64,000 nucleotides of DNA from Candidatus Entotheonellaceae bacterium. GTDB lineage: Bacteria; Tectomicrobia; Entotheonellia; Entotheonellales; Entotheonellaceae. Numbering within the stretch: the first letter of the stretch is position 1; each line of letters opens with the position of its first letter. The notes under the pieces were generated by a model, which saw nothing but the letters and a program-made list of their open reading frames with translations, ran no database searches and had not been told where the DNA came from. Positions 19,074 to 29,235 of the stretch are shown here, piece by piece. The stretch is taken from positions 2,048,001-2,112,000 of the forward strand of contig OZ250173.1 in the NCBI GenBank assembly GCA_965238075.1. The letters run 5' to 3'. The position numbers and the translations under genes were made by a program.

Positions 19074-20269
19074 CAGCGAGCCCTTTGGCCTACCTGCGAC
19101 GACGCTTCCACGATAGCGTCGAGCCAACCCAGGTCCGCGTTGTGTTTGGAAACCAGAGATGACAAGCGAAGGCGTTCGCTTGGCTCGCTTCGACGGATGA
19201 TATGGTCGAATAAATCACGCTCTTCGTCGTTGGCCCCCGTCCTTCTTGCCCTTACGATATTCTTCATTTCTCGGTCGATACGGCTTCTCTTTCCATTGAT
19301 GGCCGAGAATTCAGCCCATTGGACCAGTGTACGTGTCAACTGAGAATGGTCATTACTTGGGCTTTCGTACCGTATCGGCGTGATGCCACGATCCCTCCAA
19401 TCCTCCAATGTTACGGGATCGTCCTCATCCATTCCCACGAATACGAATCGTTCCTTGAGGTCAGGAAAGCGGGCCACATCCGCAGCCACGGCGTTAAGCA
19501 GATATCTCATTGGTGGATCGTTTGCGCTGTAGCCTACAAAGACCAAGTTATACAGGCGGGTGGCGTCGTAGATCAGATCGGGAACGATTCGCCGGCGGAA
19601 ATAGTATTCGCCGAAGTCCTGATCGGAAATAATCAAATCGGCACTTCGCTTAGGATTTCGGTCCAAGGCGCCATGGATGTGCAGTACGCCTTTGAATTCT
19701 GGCCTGCGGGTTGGCCTAGGTATTCCCCCAAGTGCGTATGTCTCGACCGATTGCCTCATAGCCCGCGCGGCGCTTTCAAGGAGGAGATCGAAATTCGTCG
19801 TGATGATCGCCGATGCCCCACCGCGGTCGGCAAGGCGCATCAATGCTCGATGAATTGAAGCCGGTTTAGCCCCGGCACGGAGGATCGTTCCAATTTTCTC
19901 CCTAACCGGACTCCCTCCAGTGTTTCCTTCAACTCCCTGCTCAAGCCTCCGCTCAAGCATTCCCAAAACGACATCGTATTCGTCTTGTTGGAAACGCTTA
20001 ATCTCCGCTTTTTGTCCATCATTCAAGTTAGATAAGTCAGTGTTGTGTCCATTATGCGAAATAACGGAATACACTCCCAAATCCAGCGCTTCGTACACTT
20101 TTACGACGAGTTCACGGAAGTTGGGCAACCCTGCGGACATTGAAACGCCAGCGCCTGCGACGAAGAGAACCTCGCCTCGTGCATGGGCGAGGAGCAGACG
20201 CTCTGGAATCCGTGCGGCTGATTGCCCCAGCATAATAGCTCTGCTGTCGATGTCTGGAGGTTGGTTCAT
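19073..20269 (-). CDS. Defence-type SIR2 NADase domain protein (Dsr1 N-terminus-like)
   Basis: IPERLLLAHARGEVLFVAGAGVS, TTNFD, LHIHG, DFGEYY, FVGYSANDPPMRY; lacks the CobB zinc cysteines. Confidence 0.85.
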   Translation of the reverse strand: MNQPPDIDSRAIMLGQSAARIPERLLLAHARGEVLFVAGAGVSMSAGLPNFRELVVKVYEALDLGVYSVISHNGHNTDLSNLNDGQKAEIKRFQQDEYDVVLGMLERRLEQGVEGNTGGSPVREKIGTILRAGAKPASIHRALMRLADRGGASAIITTNFDLLLESAARAMRQSVETYALGGIPRPTRRPEFKGVLHIHGALDRNPKRSADLIISDQDFGEYYFRRRIVPDLIYDATRLYNLVFVGYSANDPPMRYLLNAVAADVARFPDLKERFVFVGMDEDDPVTLEDWRDRGITPIRYESPSNDHSQLTRTLVQWAEFSAINGKRSRIDREMKNIVRARRTGANDEERDLFDHIIRRSEPSERLRLSSLVSKHNADLGWLDAIVEASSQVGQRAR

Positions 20270-20404
20270 GGACGTGCCCGCGCCTGCGGTGGAGCAAAAA
20301 CACCGGCCCGCTTGAGTTTATCGCTTCTGCATTTTGGCGATTGTCAGATCTGTATTGTCAACAGATCAAGGAGTTGAAAGGTATAAATTTTCGGATCAGG
20401 ACGC

Positions 20405-21265
20405 TTATCGCGTCCAGGGATGCGGCAGGCCGGGTATTTTGCTGCGCAGGGTGTAGACGGAGGTTCGTGCCGTGAAGAACATCGTCTGCCGGTCGGGGCC
20501 GCCGAACAGCAGATTCGCCGGGATCTCCGGGGTGCGAATGATGCCCAGCCGGGTGCCGTCGGGAGCGAAGACCCAGGTGCCGCCCGGACCGGTGCAGTAG
20601 ACGTTGCCTTCCACGTCCACCTTCATGCCGTCCGGCACGCCATCGGACTCCACGGACGACATGTCGGCGAAAATCTGCCGACGCACCATGAGACCATCTG
20701 CCCCGATTTCGATGGCGTGAATGTAGGCTCCCCAGCGCGTATTGGAGACGTATAGGGTTTTCTCGTCGGGCGAAAAGGCCAGACCGTTCGGATACTCACA
20801 GTCCGCCACCAGGGTCATGGCGCCGTCGGGCGCGATCCGGTAAACCCCCGAATAGGGGCATTCGCGCTCTGCGAAGGGGACGCGCAAGCCGGGGTCGGTG
20901 AAATAGATGCTGCCGTCCGAGGCGCACACCACGTCATTGGGCCGGTTCAGGCGCCGACCCTCATAGCGCTCGGCAACCGTCTCGACTTGGCTATCGGCTG
21001 TCATGCGGGTGACCCGGCGGTTACCGCCTTCGCACATGAGCAGGCGGCCTTGCAGGTCGAACGTCGTGCCGTTGCCTTCGCCGGTGTTCTCACGCACCGT
21101 TTCCGGTGGCTGTCCCGGGACCAGGCGGTGCAGCCGGTTGTTGGGCAGGTCCACGAAATAGTAAAAGCCGTCGGGATGCCAGGTCGGCCCTTCCGTAAAG
21201 GCAAATCCCGTGGCCAACTGCTCGGCTTCCGTCGTTGCCAGAATCCTGCTGAGCGGATCACCCAT
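20405..21265 (-). CDS. SMP-30/gluconolactonase family protein
   Basis: FTEGPTW, NRPND, PNGLAFSPDE, PDGMKVD. Confidence 0.9.
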   Translation of the reverse strand: MGDPLSRILATTEAEQLATGFAFTEGPTWHPDGFYYFVDLPNNRLHRLVPGQPPETVRENTGEGNGTTFDLQGRLLMCEGGNRRVTRMTADSQVETVAERYEGRRLNRPNDVVCASDGSIYFTDPGLRVPFAERECPYSGVYRIAPDGAMTLVADCEYPNGLAFSPDEKTLYVSNTRWGAYIHAIEIGADGLMVRRQIFADMSSVESDGVPDGMKVDVEGNVYCTGPGGTWVFAPDGTRLGIIRTPEIPANLLFGGPDRQTMFFTARTSVYTLRSKIPGLPHPWTR

Positions 21266-21289
21266 GACAAGTCCTCCTTTCATCTCGCT

Positions 21290-21826
21290 TTATCCGTCCA
21301 TTGGCCAGACGGTGCGAATGGGGTCGGTGCCGTCCCAGTCGCGCGCGGCTTCGGCAATGCGCCGAAACATCCGCCCCTTGGGACCGCTGATGTCCGAGAG
21401 CTCGACCACCGTGCCGGGATGCCCTTCGGTTTGGAAGTAGACGAAGCGTCCCGGATCCCCGACGCGTCCTGACTGGCCAATGGCGTAGCCGGCATCGAGG
21501 GCGCGGGCGAGGTCGGCCTCGAACGTGGTTGTCCAATACGCAACGTGCTGCAGACCCTCGTGCCCTGCCTGCAGGAAATCGTGGTACATCGACGGCCCGT
21601 CGTTGCGCTGCTGGATGAGTTCGATTTGCAGCGTGCCCGAGTTCGCCAGGGCAATCGAGACTTCGGCAGGCGAGGGCGTCCCCTTATAGGAAAAATCCAC
21701 GATGGGCGCGCGCTCGACGTAGTACCACGGCCCAACGTCCAACACCTCGATCCAGTGCCGCATGGCGGCCTGGATGTCACGCACAACGTAGCCATTCTGG
21801 GTAACGGCTCCAAAGAATCGGCTCAT
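21290..21826 (-). CDS. VOC/glyoxalase family protein
   Basis: QNGYVVRD, QIELIQ, GLQHVAY, VVEL. Confidence 0.85.
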   Translation of the reverse strand: MSRFFGAVTQNGYVVRDIQAAMRHWIEVLDVGPWYYVERAPIVDFSYKGTPSPAEVSIALANSGTLQIELIQQRNDGPSMYHDFLQAGHEGLQHVAYWTTTFEADLARALDAGYAIGQSGRVGDPGRFVYFQTEGHPGTVVELSDISGPKGRMFRRIAEAARDWDGTDPIRTVWPMDG

Positions 21827-22014
21827 CTGTCTTCTCCTCTACTGTGACGCCGTGGGGCAGAACCCGCCTACGCGTCGTCGTTGGCATGATGACGGTTTGA
21901 CCTCCCCGCGGGCAAGCGATAGACTGACAGCCCTCCCAAGCGTGCCTGCTGGCCGCGGCGTAACGCAACCCGTTGGCTGCACAAACCGACCCTCGAATGT
22001 GACGGAGCTACCGC

Positions 22015-22653
22015 ATGGACAGTGGTATCCATTGGTTCGACTTGGCGACGATTGTGGTCTTGATCCTGAGCGGTATCTGGAGCCTGTTTCGGGGTTTCTT
22101 GCGGGAAATGCTGTCGTTGCTGGGCTTTGTCGTGGTGGTGACGCTGGCGGTGTACGCCTATCCCCACGTGTTCGTTGCCCTGGAGGGGGTCGTCAGTGAA
22201 ACCTGGGTGCGGCAGGTTGTCGGCATGGCGCTGGTCTTCATCGCCGCCGTGGTGCTCTTCGTCGGCTTCGTCAAATTGGGCGCGGTGTTGACCCATGCGA
22301 TGGGGCTTTCCATTCTCGACCGGCTGCTGGGCTTTTGCTTTGGCCTGCTGAAGGTCGTTGTCTTCGTTTCCCTGCTGTTCCTGGTGGGCAACAGATTCCT
22401 GCCTGATCTGACGATCCTGTTGACCCATACGTCCATTCTGGGCCCGACGTTCGGCTACACTGCCGGCCTGCTGGAAAGGACGATCCTGGAGCAAGGTGTT
22501 GGCATCCTTGAGGAGCCGCTCATTACGCCGGAACAACTGCCCGCCCTCCCGGAGCTGGGGCTGCCGGAGGTCGTCGAGCCGTACGTGCCAGAGCCGTTCG
22601 CCCCGGATGATTCCGCCCCCGACAATGGCGTCCCGGCGCCCGAGCCGCAATAG
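22015..22653 (+). CDS. cvpA: CvpA family membrane protein
   Basis: RGFLREMLSL, LDRLLGFCFGLLK; Pro/Glu-rich tail. Confidence 0.85.
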   Translation: MDSGIHWFDLATIVVLILSGIWSLFRGFLREMLSLLGFVVVVTLAVYAYPHVFVALEGVVSETWVRQVVGMALVFIAAVVLFVGFVKLGAVLTHAMGLSILDRLLGFCFGLLKVVVFVSLLFLVGNRFLPDLTILLTHTSILGPTFGYTAGLLERTILEQGVGILEEPLITPEQLPALPELGLPEVVEPYVPEPFAPDDSAPDNGVPAPEPQ

Positions 22654-22669
22654 AGCCGGCGTTTCCGGC

Positions 22670-23278
22670 TTATTCCTCGGCCTTGGCCGCATCGGTTTTG
22701 CTGAAGGTCTGCCGTACCTCCTGATTGGCCTCGATAAGGCGCTGCATGCGCTCCGTTGCCTCCTGCCGCATGAACTCCTCTACGCACGATAGCACCACGC
22801 GACCGGCCAGGGTATTGACGTTGGGAATCTCCGGCAGCGGATGGGCCTCCGGGTCCTTCTGCACGGCGGCGATGCGCTCGGCGATCGTGTCGTTGTCGTA
22901 CATTTCCTCGAAGCCATAGCGATAGTGCAACCGAACGTAATCCCGCTCCTTGGTCGAGTCGCCGTTCGCCTCCTGTTGCACGATGTTTTCCATGTCCATG
23001 TCTTCCGGGCGCTTGGCGTCGCTGGCGAGGAATTCCCCAATGGCCGAGAAATAGTTGGTGAACTCTTCCCGGTCCAGATCGTCCTGCGGAATTTTGGAGC
23101 TGATTTCCAGCTCAATGGCGTCCCCGTTGATGGCCGGCGTGCCGATTTCATACGTGATGCCGTCAAGGTGAAAGCGGTTCTCCCGCTTGGCCTGGTACTG
23201 CGTCTTGAACGACTCGATACAGTCCGTCACCCCGTTGGCAACGAACTGGTGGAATAGCTGCTGCCTGAAATCTGACAT
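22670..23278 (-). CDS. Acidic hypothetical protein
   Basis: RBS AAGGAG, host-like codon usage; no motif recognised. Confidence 0.7.
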   Translation of the reverse strand: MSDFRQQLFHQFVANGVTDCIESFKTQYQAKRENRFHLDGITYEIGTPAINGDAIELEISSKIPQDDLDREEFTNYFSAIGEFLASDAKRPEDMDMENIVQQEANGDSTKERDYVRLHYRYGFEEMYDNDTIAERIAAVQKDPEAHPLPEIPNVNTLAGRVVLSCVEEFMRQEATERMQRLIEANQEVRQTFSKTDAAKAEE

Positions 23279-23311
23279 CCCTTGTACTCCTTTTGAAAAT
23301 GCCGGCTCATG

Positions 23312-23358
23312 CTCCCCCCTCCCTCCCTCTCATTGGGGAGAGGGTTGGGGTGAGGGGG
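23312..23358. repeat. CCCTCACCCCAACCCTCTCCC-type intergenic repeat
   Basis: Minus strand CCCCCTCACCCCAACCCTCTCCCC..GAGAGGGAGGGAGGGG; relative inside ispG. Confidence 0.6.
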
Positions 23359-23565
23359 AAATCCAAATGAGATATGATCCAAAGGCCGCTCCCGCCAACG
23401 GTCTGGCGGCACCGAATCTGCCCTCGCGGCATCCAATCAATAGATACGGTTGAACATGGATGGAGTGACGCCAGTATAGACACGCCCCCCGCCCGGCGCA
23501 ACGCCGAAGCGTGTGTTGGCACCGTTCTTGACGCTGCTCGCCGGTGTCAATTAGACTGACTACCC

Positions 23566-25443
23566 ATGACTCTTCTGCGTGTAAGCAATATCACCAAGAC
23601 CTTCGCCGGGGTGCCGGTTCTGCAAGATGTTTCCTGGCAGATCGAAGCCGGGCGCAAGATCGGCCTGGTGGGCGCCAACGGCAGCGGCAAAAGCACCCTC
23701 CTCAATCTCCTCAGCGGTGTGATGAGCGCCGATCGCGGCGCCATCGAAACGGCGCGTCAGGTGCGCCTCGGCTACCTCACTCAGGAAATGGCGGCTGAGG
23801 GCGACCGGACGCTGTACGACGAGGTGTGCGAGGCGTTCCGCCCGCTGCTGGACATGCAGGCGGAAATGACTCGCCTGGAAACGCGCATGGCGCAGCAGCA
23901 GGCCAGCGACGCCGACATGCAACGCTATGGGGCGCTGATGGAGGCGTTCAACGCTCGGCAGGGCTATGCCATCCGCGCGCGCGTCGAGGCCACCTTGTCT
24001 GGGCTGGGGTTCCGTCCCGAGGCGCTGCAAACGTCGGTTCGACACCTCAGCGGCGGTCAGAAGAATATCGCGGCCCTGGCCCGCGTGCTCCTGCAAGAGC
24101 CGGACTTGCTGCTGCTGGACGAGCCCTCGAACCACCTCGACGTGCAGGCGACGGAATGGCTGGAAGGCGTCCTGCGGGATTATGCGGGCGCCGTCGTGGC
24201 TGTTTCGCACGATCGCTATTTTCTCGACCGCACCGTCGATGAAATCGTCGAGTTGGAGCAGCACGGCCTGCAGCGCTATCCTGGTAATTATTCCGCCTAC
24301 GTGACCGCCAAGGCGCTGCGCCGCGAGCAGCAGGGAAAGGCGTACGACCAGCAGCAGGCCGAGATCGAGCGGCACGAGGAATTCATCCGTCGCAACATGG
24401 CGGGGCAGAAGACCAAGCAGGCGCAGAGCCGCCAGAAGATGCTGGCGCGCATCGATCGGCTTGAAAGACCGGGCGGCGACGGGCGCCGCATGAACGTGCA
24501 ATTTACCGCCAACCGGCGTGAGAACCACGAGGTGCTGGTGTGCCGCAATCTGCAAAAGCGCTACGGCGACCGCGAGGTGCTGCGGCGCCTGTCGTTTACC
24601 GTCTACAGGGGCGAGAAGGTCGGCCTGACGGGGCCCAACGGCGCCGGCAAGAGCACCCTGCTGCGCCTGCTGATGGGCCAGGAAGCGCCCGACGGCGGCA
24701 CCTTGCAAGTCGGCAGCAACATTGCCGTGGCGTATTACGATCAGGAACTGGGCAGTCTGCAAGCACGGAACACCGTGCTCGACGAGGTGTGGCAGATGAC
24801 GCCGGATTGGACGCAGGGCGAGATGCGGAGTCACCTGGGCCGCTTCCTGTTCTCGGGCGATGAGGTGTTGCAGACTATCGGCAGTCTGAGTGGCGGCCAG
24901 AAGAGCCGCGTGGCGCTCGCCAAGCTGATGCTGACCAAGGCCAACCTGCTGGTGCTTGACGAGCCGACCAACCATCTGGACATCCCTGCCTGCGAGATGC
25001 TCGAGCAGGCCCTGGCGGGCTACCCCGGCACCCTGCTGATCGTGTCGCACGACCGCTATTTTCTGGACCGCGTCATCGACCGGCTGCTGATTCTGCACGA
25101 CGGCATGTGCACGTCGCACGCGGGCAATTATTCCGATTACCAAGCGTCCCTGGCGGCCCCGGCACCCGCCGCCCCGTCGGTGAAGGCCCGCAAGAAAGCG
25201 CCTCCTCCCCTCCGGCGGCGCGGCGTCAAACGGCGCACGCCAGGCTCCATCGAGCGTGAGATCGCCCAGGTTGAGGCGGAAATCGCCGCCCTGCAGGCCG
25301 AATTGGAGACCCGGCATGACCCCAGCGATTGGCAACAGCTTGCCGACATCAGCAGCCGACAAGGGGACGCCTCGGAACGGCTGCAACAGCTTCTGAAGGA
25401 GTGGGAAAACAGCATGGCCATCGAAGAAGGGAGCGTGAGTTGA
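23566..25443 (+). CDS. ABC-F family ATP-binding protein
   Basis: Two ABC cassettes (GANGSGKS, GPNGAGKS, LSGGQK twice, DEP.NHLD), no TM segments, C-terminal coiled coil. Confidence 0.95.
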   Translation: MTLLRVSNITKTFAGVPVLQDVSWQIEAGRKIGLVGANGSGKSTLLNLLSGVMSADRGAIETARQVRLGYLTQEMAAEGDRTLYDEVCEAFRPLLDMQAEMTRLETRMAQQQASDADMQRYGALMEAFNARQGYAIRARVEATLSGLGFRPEALQTSVRHLSGGQKNIAALARVLLQEPDLLLLDEPSNHLDVQATEWLEGVLRDYAGAVVAVSHDRYFLDRTVDEIVELEQHGLQRYPGNYSAYVTAKALRREQQGKAYDQQQAEIERHEEFIRRNMAGQKTKQAQSRQKMLARIDRLERPGGDGRRMNVQFTANRRENHEVLVCRNLQKRYGDREVLRRLSFTVYRGEKVGLTGPNGAGKSTLLRLLMGQEAPDGGTLQVGSNIAVAYYDQELGSLQARNTVLDEVWQMTPDWTQGEMRSHLGRFLFSGDEVLQTIGSLSGGQKSRVALAKLMLTKANLLVLDEPTNHLDIPACEMLEQALAGYPGTLLIVSHDRYFLDRVIDRLLILHDGMCTSHAGNYSDYQASLAAPAPAAPSVKARKKAPPPLRRRGVKRRTPGSIEREIAQVEAEIAALQAELETRHDPSDWQQLADISSRQGDASERLQQLLKEWENSMAIEEGSVS

Positions 25444-25817
25444 GTACCTCAGATCTGATCATCCTGACCGACGCCGATTACCGGCGCTTACGGCGTGACC
25501 TCAAGGAAACGGGACTCGATCTGTGCTACATGGCGCAGGCGGACCGACCCGTGCGCCTCAAGTGGTCCCCGGACCTCTTCCGACGAGTGGATTTTCTGCA
25601 AAACCTGGCGCAGCGCCGGCCAAGCGATCCCAGTTACCGCGTGGCGTCGGTGTCCCTCCTCAAGAAAGCCACCTGGTTTCAGCCCGATCAGTTCGCCATC
25701 ACTTTCCATGCCGTCGGCGACTTGCACGATGCGGACCTGGACAAGTATCTGGCCGAGCACAACGTGCAGAGCAGTGTCGAGACGTCGCGCGACATGCTGG
25801 CCGCCCGCACGGCTTAG
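25440..25817 (+). CDS. Hypothetical protein
   Basis: TTG start overlapping the ABC-F stop (TTGA); host-like codon usage. Confidence 0.55.
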   Translation: MSTSDLIILTDADYRRLRRDLKETGLDLCYMAQADRPVRLKWSPDLFRRVDFLQNLAQRRPSDPSYRVASVSLLKKATWFQPDQFAITFHAVGDLHDADLDKYLAEHNVQSSVETSRDMLAARTA

Positions 25818-25890
25818 CGGCACTCGCATCTTAACGCCCTGTCTCGCTAACGCTCGCAGGGCTGTGGACAGGCGGCGGAGGCCGCCCCTT

Positions 25891-27234
25891 ATGACCAGCG
25901 TCTTTCTCGCTGATTGGATTTCCGGCCTGAGCTTCGAAGCCCTGCCGCGCCGCGTCCGCAGCCGCGCCAAGCTGGCCGTGTTCGATGCTTGCGGCACCGC
26001 GCTGGCCGGCACGCACCACCCGGCAACGCAGCACGTGCGGCGCCTGATCGCGGACATGGATTCGGCGCCGCAGGTTCGCGTCATCGGCGACCCGTCGCTG
26101 CGCGTGAGTCAGCTCGACGCCGCCTGGCTGCTGGGCACCATGACGGACGCCTATCTCTACAGCGACGTTCATGTTCCCAGCGGCGGGCATTTCACCTCGG
26201 TTCTGCTGCCGGTTCTGCTGGCTGTGAGCGAGGTCCGAGAGGTCAGTGGGCCGGAAGCGCTGACGGCGTACGTCGCCGGCTACGAGGTTGCGGCGCGGCT
26301 GGCGGCGGCTGTGGATTCCGACCGGCAGCGTGGGCACATGACCGCCGTTGCCGGAACGATGGGCGCGGCGGCAGCCGCGGGACGGTTGCTGGGCCTGTCG
26401 CCCGAGCAGTTGCGTCATGCCTTTGTGATGACCGCGGCTGAGACGACCGGCGGCGATGACTCGGAGATGCAGAGCGGCCAGGCGGCGCGCAGCGGGCTGC
26501 TCTGCGCCTTGCAGGCGGGTCAGGACTTCAACAGCGGCGACGTGAAGGCCGGCGGGGAACTCGCAGCTTGGCTGGCGCTTTTTGAGGATGGGTCATTTCA
26601 GACCGACAGGGTGCTGAAAAGCTGGGGCGACGATTTCGCGCTGGACCGCGCCGAGTTGCACTTCAAGCTGTACCCGACTGACATCGCTGCGCATGGCTTC
26701 ATCGACGCCGCGCTGGCGCTGCATCAACAGGGCATCGAGCCCGATCAGGTGCGGCGTCTCGTTTGCCGGGTGAATCCGTCCGCGGTGCCGGCCCTGTCCT
26801 TTGCGCCCGCCAATCTGCAGCAGGCGCAGCGCAGCCTGCCGTATGCCGTCGCGGTGGCCTTGTGCGACGGCCGGGTGGGCTTGCCGCAGTTCAACCCCTC
26901 CCGCGTGTCGGCTGACGAGGTGCAAGCCCTGATGGGGCGCGTCGAGGTGGAGCAGGACGCATCTTTGGAGATGCCGGACGGTTCCGATTCCCCTGCCGTT
27001 TTGCGAGCCGACCTCAACGACGGTCGCAGCCTGATCGAGACCGTCGAACACGCCCGCGGCAGCCCGCAGCGACCCCCGACGCGTCCCGAGTTCGAGGCCA
27101 AGTTTCGCCAGTGCGCCGCTGCCGTGCTGTCAACCGAGCGGACGCTGCTCGCGGCGCGCTGCCTGTATCATCTCGACACCCTGCCGGACCTGCGCAGCCT
27201 GGTGGACATCCTCAGTACGGTGCCGCGCTCCTGA
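25891..27234 (+). CDS. MmgE/PrpD family protein
   Basis: D..GTALAG, AYVAGYEV, KLYP, ARGSP..P....KF; RBS GGAGG. Confidence 0.85.
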   Translation: MTSVFLADWISGLSFEALPRRVRSRAKLAVFDACGTALAGTHHPATQHVRRLIADMDSAPQVRVIGDPSLRVSQLDAAWLLGTMTDAYLYSDVHVPSGGHFTSVLLPVLLAVSEVREVSGPEALTAYVAGYEVAARLAAAVDSDRQRGHMTAVAGTMGAAAAAGRLLGLSPEQLRHAFVMTAAETTGGDDSEMQSGQAARSGLLCALQAGQDFNSGDVKAGGELAAWLALFEDGSFQTDRVLKSWGDDFALDRAELHFKLYPTDIAAHGFIDAALALHQQGIEPDQVRRLVCRVNPSAVPALSFAPANLQQAQRSLPYAVAVALCDGRVGLPQFNPSRVSADEVQALMGRVEVEQDASLEMPDGSDSPAVLRADLNDGRSLIETVEHARGSPQRPPTRPEFEAKFRQCAAAVLSTERTLLAARCLYHLDTLPDLRSLVDILSTVPRS

Positions 27235-27263
27235 GTCCCTATCCCCTTGAACTGGAGGTTAAG

Positions 27264-27713
27264 ATGGCAATCGACATTCCCTTTGGGCAGCCCGTTTCCG
27301 TGTTGTCCGACGATCCTGGAGACAGCGCCGAACGCGCCGTGCAGGCGTGGGCGGCCTTGGAGGCGGGTGAAATCGAGCCGGCGGCCTGCCGCGAACGGCT
27401 GAGCGCGATTGCGTCGGCGTATCCCGCCTCGTTGAGCGCCTGGGCGTCGCTTGGCGAGTTGGCGCTGTCCAATGACGTGGTCGCGGCGTACGCCTTTTTC
27501 CGCGTCGGTTATCACCGCGGTCTCGACCGCGCCCGTGCCAGCGGCTGGAACGGCACCCAGCAACTGCGCTGGCAGGACGAGCCCAACCGGCCGTTCCTGC
27601 GTTGCCTGAACGGCCTGCGGCAGGCCGCCGAGGCCATCGGCGAGACCGCGGAGGTGACGCGAATCAGTCATTTCCTGCGCGACCTCGACCCCGATCACCC
27701 GTTGGACTCGTAA
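27264..27713 (+). CDS. DUF3151-family protein
   Basis: AYAFFRVGYHRGLDRARASGW, W..EPNRPFLR. Confidence 0.75.
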   Translation: MAIDIPFGQPVSVLSDDPGDSAERAVQAWAALEAGEIEPAACRERLSAIASAYPASLSAWASLGELALSNDVVAAYAFFRVGYHRGLDRARASGWNGTQQLRWQDEPNRPFLRCLNGLRQAAEAIGETAEVTRISHFLRDLDPDHPLDS

Positions 27714-27750
27714 CGCACTGGCCCGCGCGCGAACGCCGAGGCGAGGCTTT

Positions 27751-28632
27751 ATGACGACCCTAGAGGATGTCATTCTGGCGCAGGACAGGCGGGGCGTTGC
27801 AGCCCTGCGTCCGTATCTTCCGACCGGCTTCTGTGAGGCGGCGGCGCGGTTTCTGCTGGCGCACACGGGAACGGTGCTGATTGCCACCGGCTTCTACGTG
27901 CAACGCGCCGACGCACCCGAAACCGATGGCCCACCGGGGGCGCTGGCTCTGGGGCGGGCCTTGGAAGCCTTGGGCAACCGGGTGGCGTACGTCAGCGACG
28001 CTTACACCGCACCTCTGCTGGCCGATTTGGCCCCCGACGACACGGAAACGGTGGATTTCCCCATCGCCGATGACGCCACGAGCCGTGAGGCTGCCCGCGA
28101 CCTGCTCGACCGCATTGCACCCACCGTTTTGATCGCCATCGAACGCTGCGGTCTCACCCGCAGCGGAACCTACCTGAACATGCGCGGCCAGGACATCTCC
28201 CCGCACACCGCCCGACTCGACCACCTTTTTCGGCAACATCCGCACAGCGTCGGCATCGGCGACGGCGGCAATGAAATCGGCATGGGAAACCTGGCAAGTC
28301 ACATTCCCGAGGTGGCCACCCTGCCTGACGAACCCACAGTCACCTGCGCGACCCACCTGGTCATCGCCAGCGTCGCCAACTGGGGGGCGTATGGCGTGGT
28401 GGCCGCGTTATCTCGCCTGGCAGGCCGCAATCTGCTGCCGCAGCCTGCCGACGAGTCGGCCTGCATCCGTCGATTGGTCTCATTGGGGGCGGTGGACGGC
28501 GTGACCGGCGTCGCCGACTGCACGGTGGACAGTTTCACCCTGTCCGAAAATACGGATGTTCTTGAGCGCCTTAACGGCATGTTGGAGGCGGAGGGGATAT
28601 GTCGGGAAGGGGAAGCGGGCCAGGGGCTGTAG
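27751..28632 (+). CDS. DUF4392 / D-glutamate cyclase-like protein
   Basis: TGF, ETDGPPGA, IERCG, YLNMRG, GIGDGGNEIGMG, VANWG. Confidence 0.85.
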   Translation: MTTLEDVILAQDRRGVAALRPYLPTGFCEAAARFLLAHTGTVLIATGFYVQRADAPETDGPPGALALGRALEALGNRVAYVSDAYTAPLLADLAPDDTETVDFPIADDATSREAARDLLDRIAPTVLIAIERCGLTRSGTYLNMRGQDISPHTARLDHLFRQHPHSVGIGDGGNEIGMGNLASHIPEVATLPDEPTVTCATHLVIASVANWGAYGVVAALSRLAGRNLLPQPADESACIRRLVSLGAVDGVTGVADCTVDSFTLSENTDVLERLNGMLEAEGICREGEAGQGL

Positions 28633-28738
28633 CGGGGGGTAACTCTGGTTCTTTACTTTGTGAAGCATTGCTCGGCGTCCGGCGGATCAAGTCAGGTGGT
28701 CAAAGCAACCAGCGCATCCCAAGCAGACACGGCGTCTA

Positions 28739-28766
28739 ACTTCGGATAAGGGCGGTTATGTCGCTT
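28739..28766 (+). other. dif-like XerC/XerD recombination site 1
   Basis: ACTTCGGATAA-GGGCGG-TTATGTCGCTT: 11-6-11 layout with inner ATAA/TTAT. Confidence 0.65.
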
Positions 28767-29235
28767 TTGGCATACTTCCTGGGTATGCTGGAAGGGTGGC
28801 CTAAGCTGCTACTCTCTCGATTTCATATGTGGATAACGATCGTTGGGTGAAAAAAATCTTTGGTGGTGGATCAGGGTATTGGGCAATCAATTTGCGGACC
28901 TGTGACTTTATCTTGCTCTGTTTGGGGCAACGAAACCCGATCAATATCTCACGGAGTTCGCATTGCTCAAGTTCAGCAAAATACAGTTTTCCATCTAAAT
29001 TTTCCTTTCGAGACCATGCGCGCCATTCTTCTTCGTATTCCCAGTTATATGATTTAGTATGCATAAGGTCGAGAAGTTGATTACGAGCCTTTTTAAATGA
29101 ATTATTATTGAATCTTTCTATAAAACGTCTTGACTCTACATCATTTCTTAACAGTCTAATCAGATCAGTAAAATTTTCCATAGTAAATCTTTTTTGTTGG
29201 TATGAAACTTTCCTAAACTTATCTGTTCTAGTGAA

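Noticed and set aside
20388-20415. TTTTCGGATCA-GGACGC-TTATCGCGTCC as a third dif-like site beside the SIR2 locus
   Set aside because: The right arm is poor and is explained by the gluconolactonase stop codon; no partner site was found at the other end of the islet.
23560-25386. 608-aa minus-strand ORF, and similar long antisense ORFs such as 56943-58622, 13668-14807 and 36393-37496
   Set aside because: Shadow ORFs opposite well-supported genes, expected in high-GC DNA.
25495-25890. N-terminal extension of the MmgE/PrpD ORF
   Set aside because: It overlaps another plausible gene; RBS and family similarity begin at ATG 25891.
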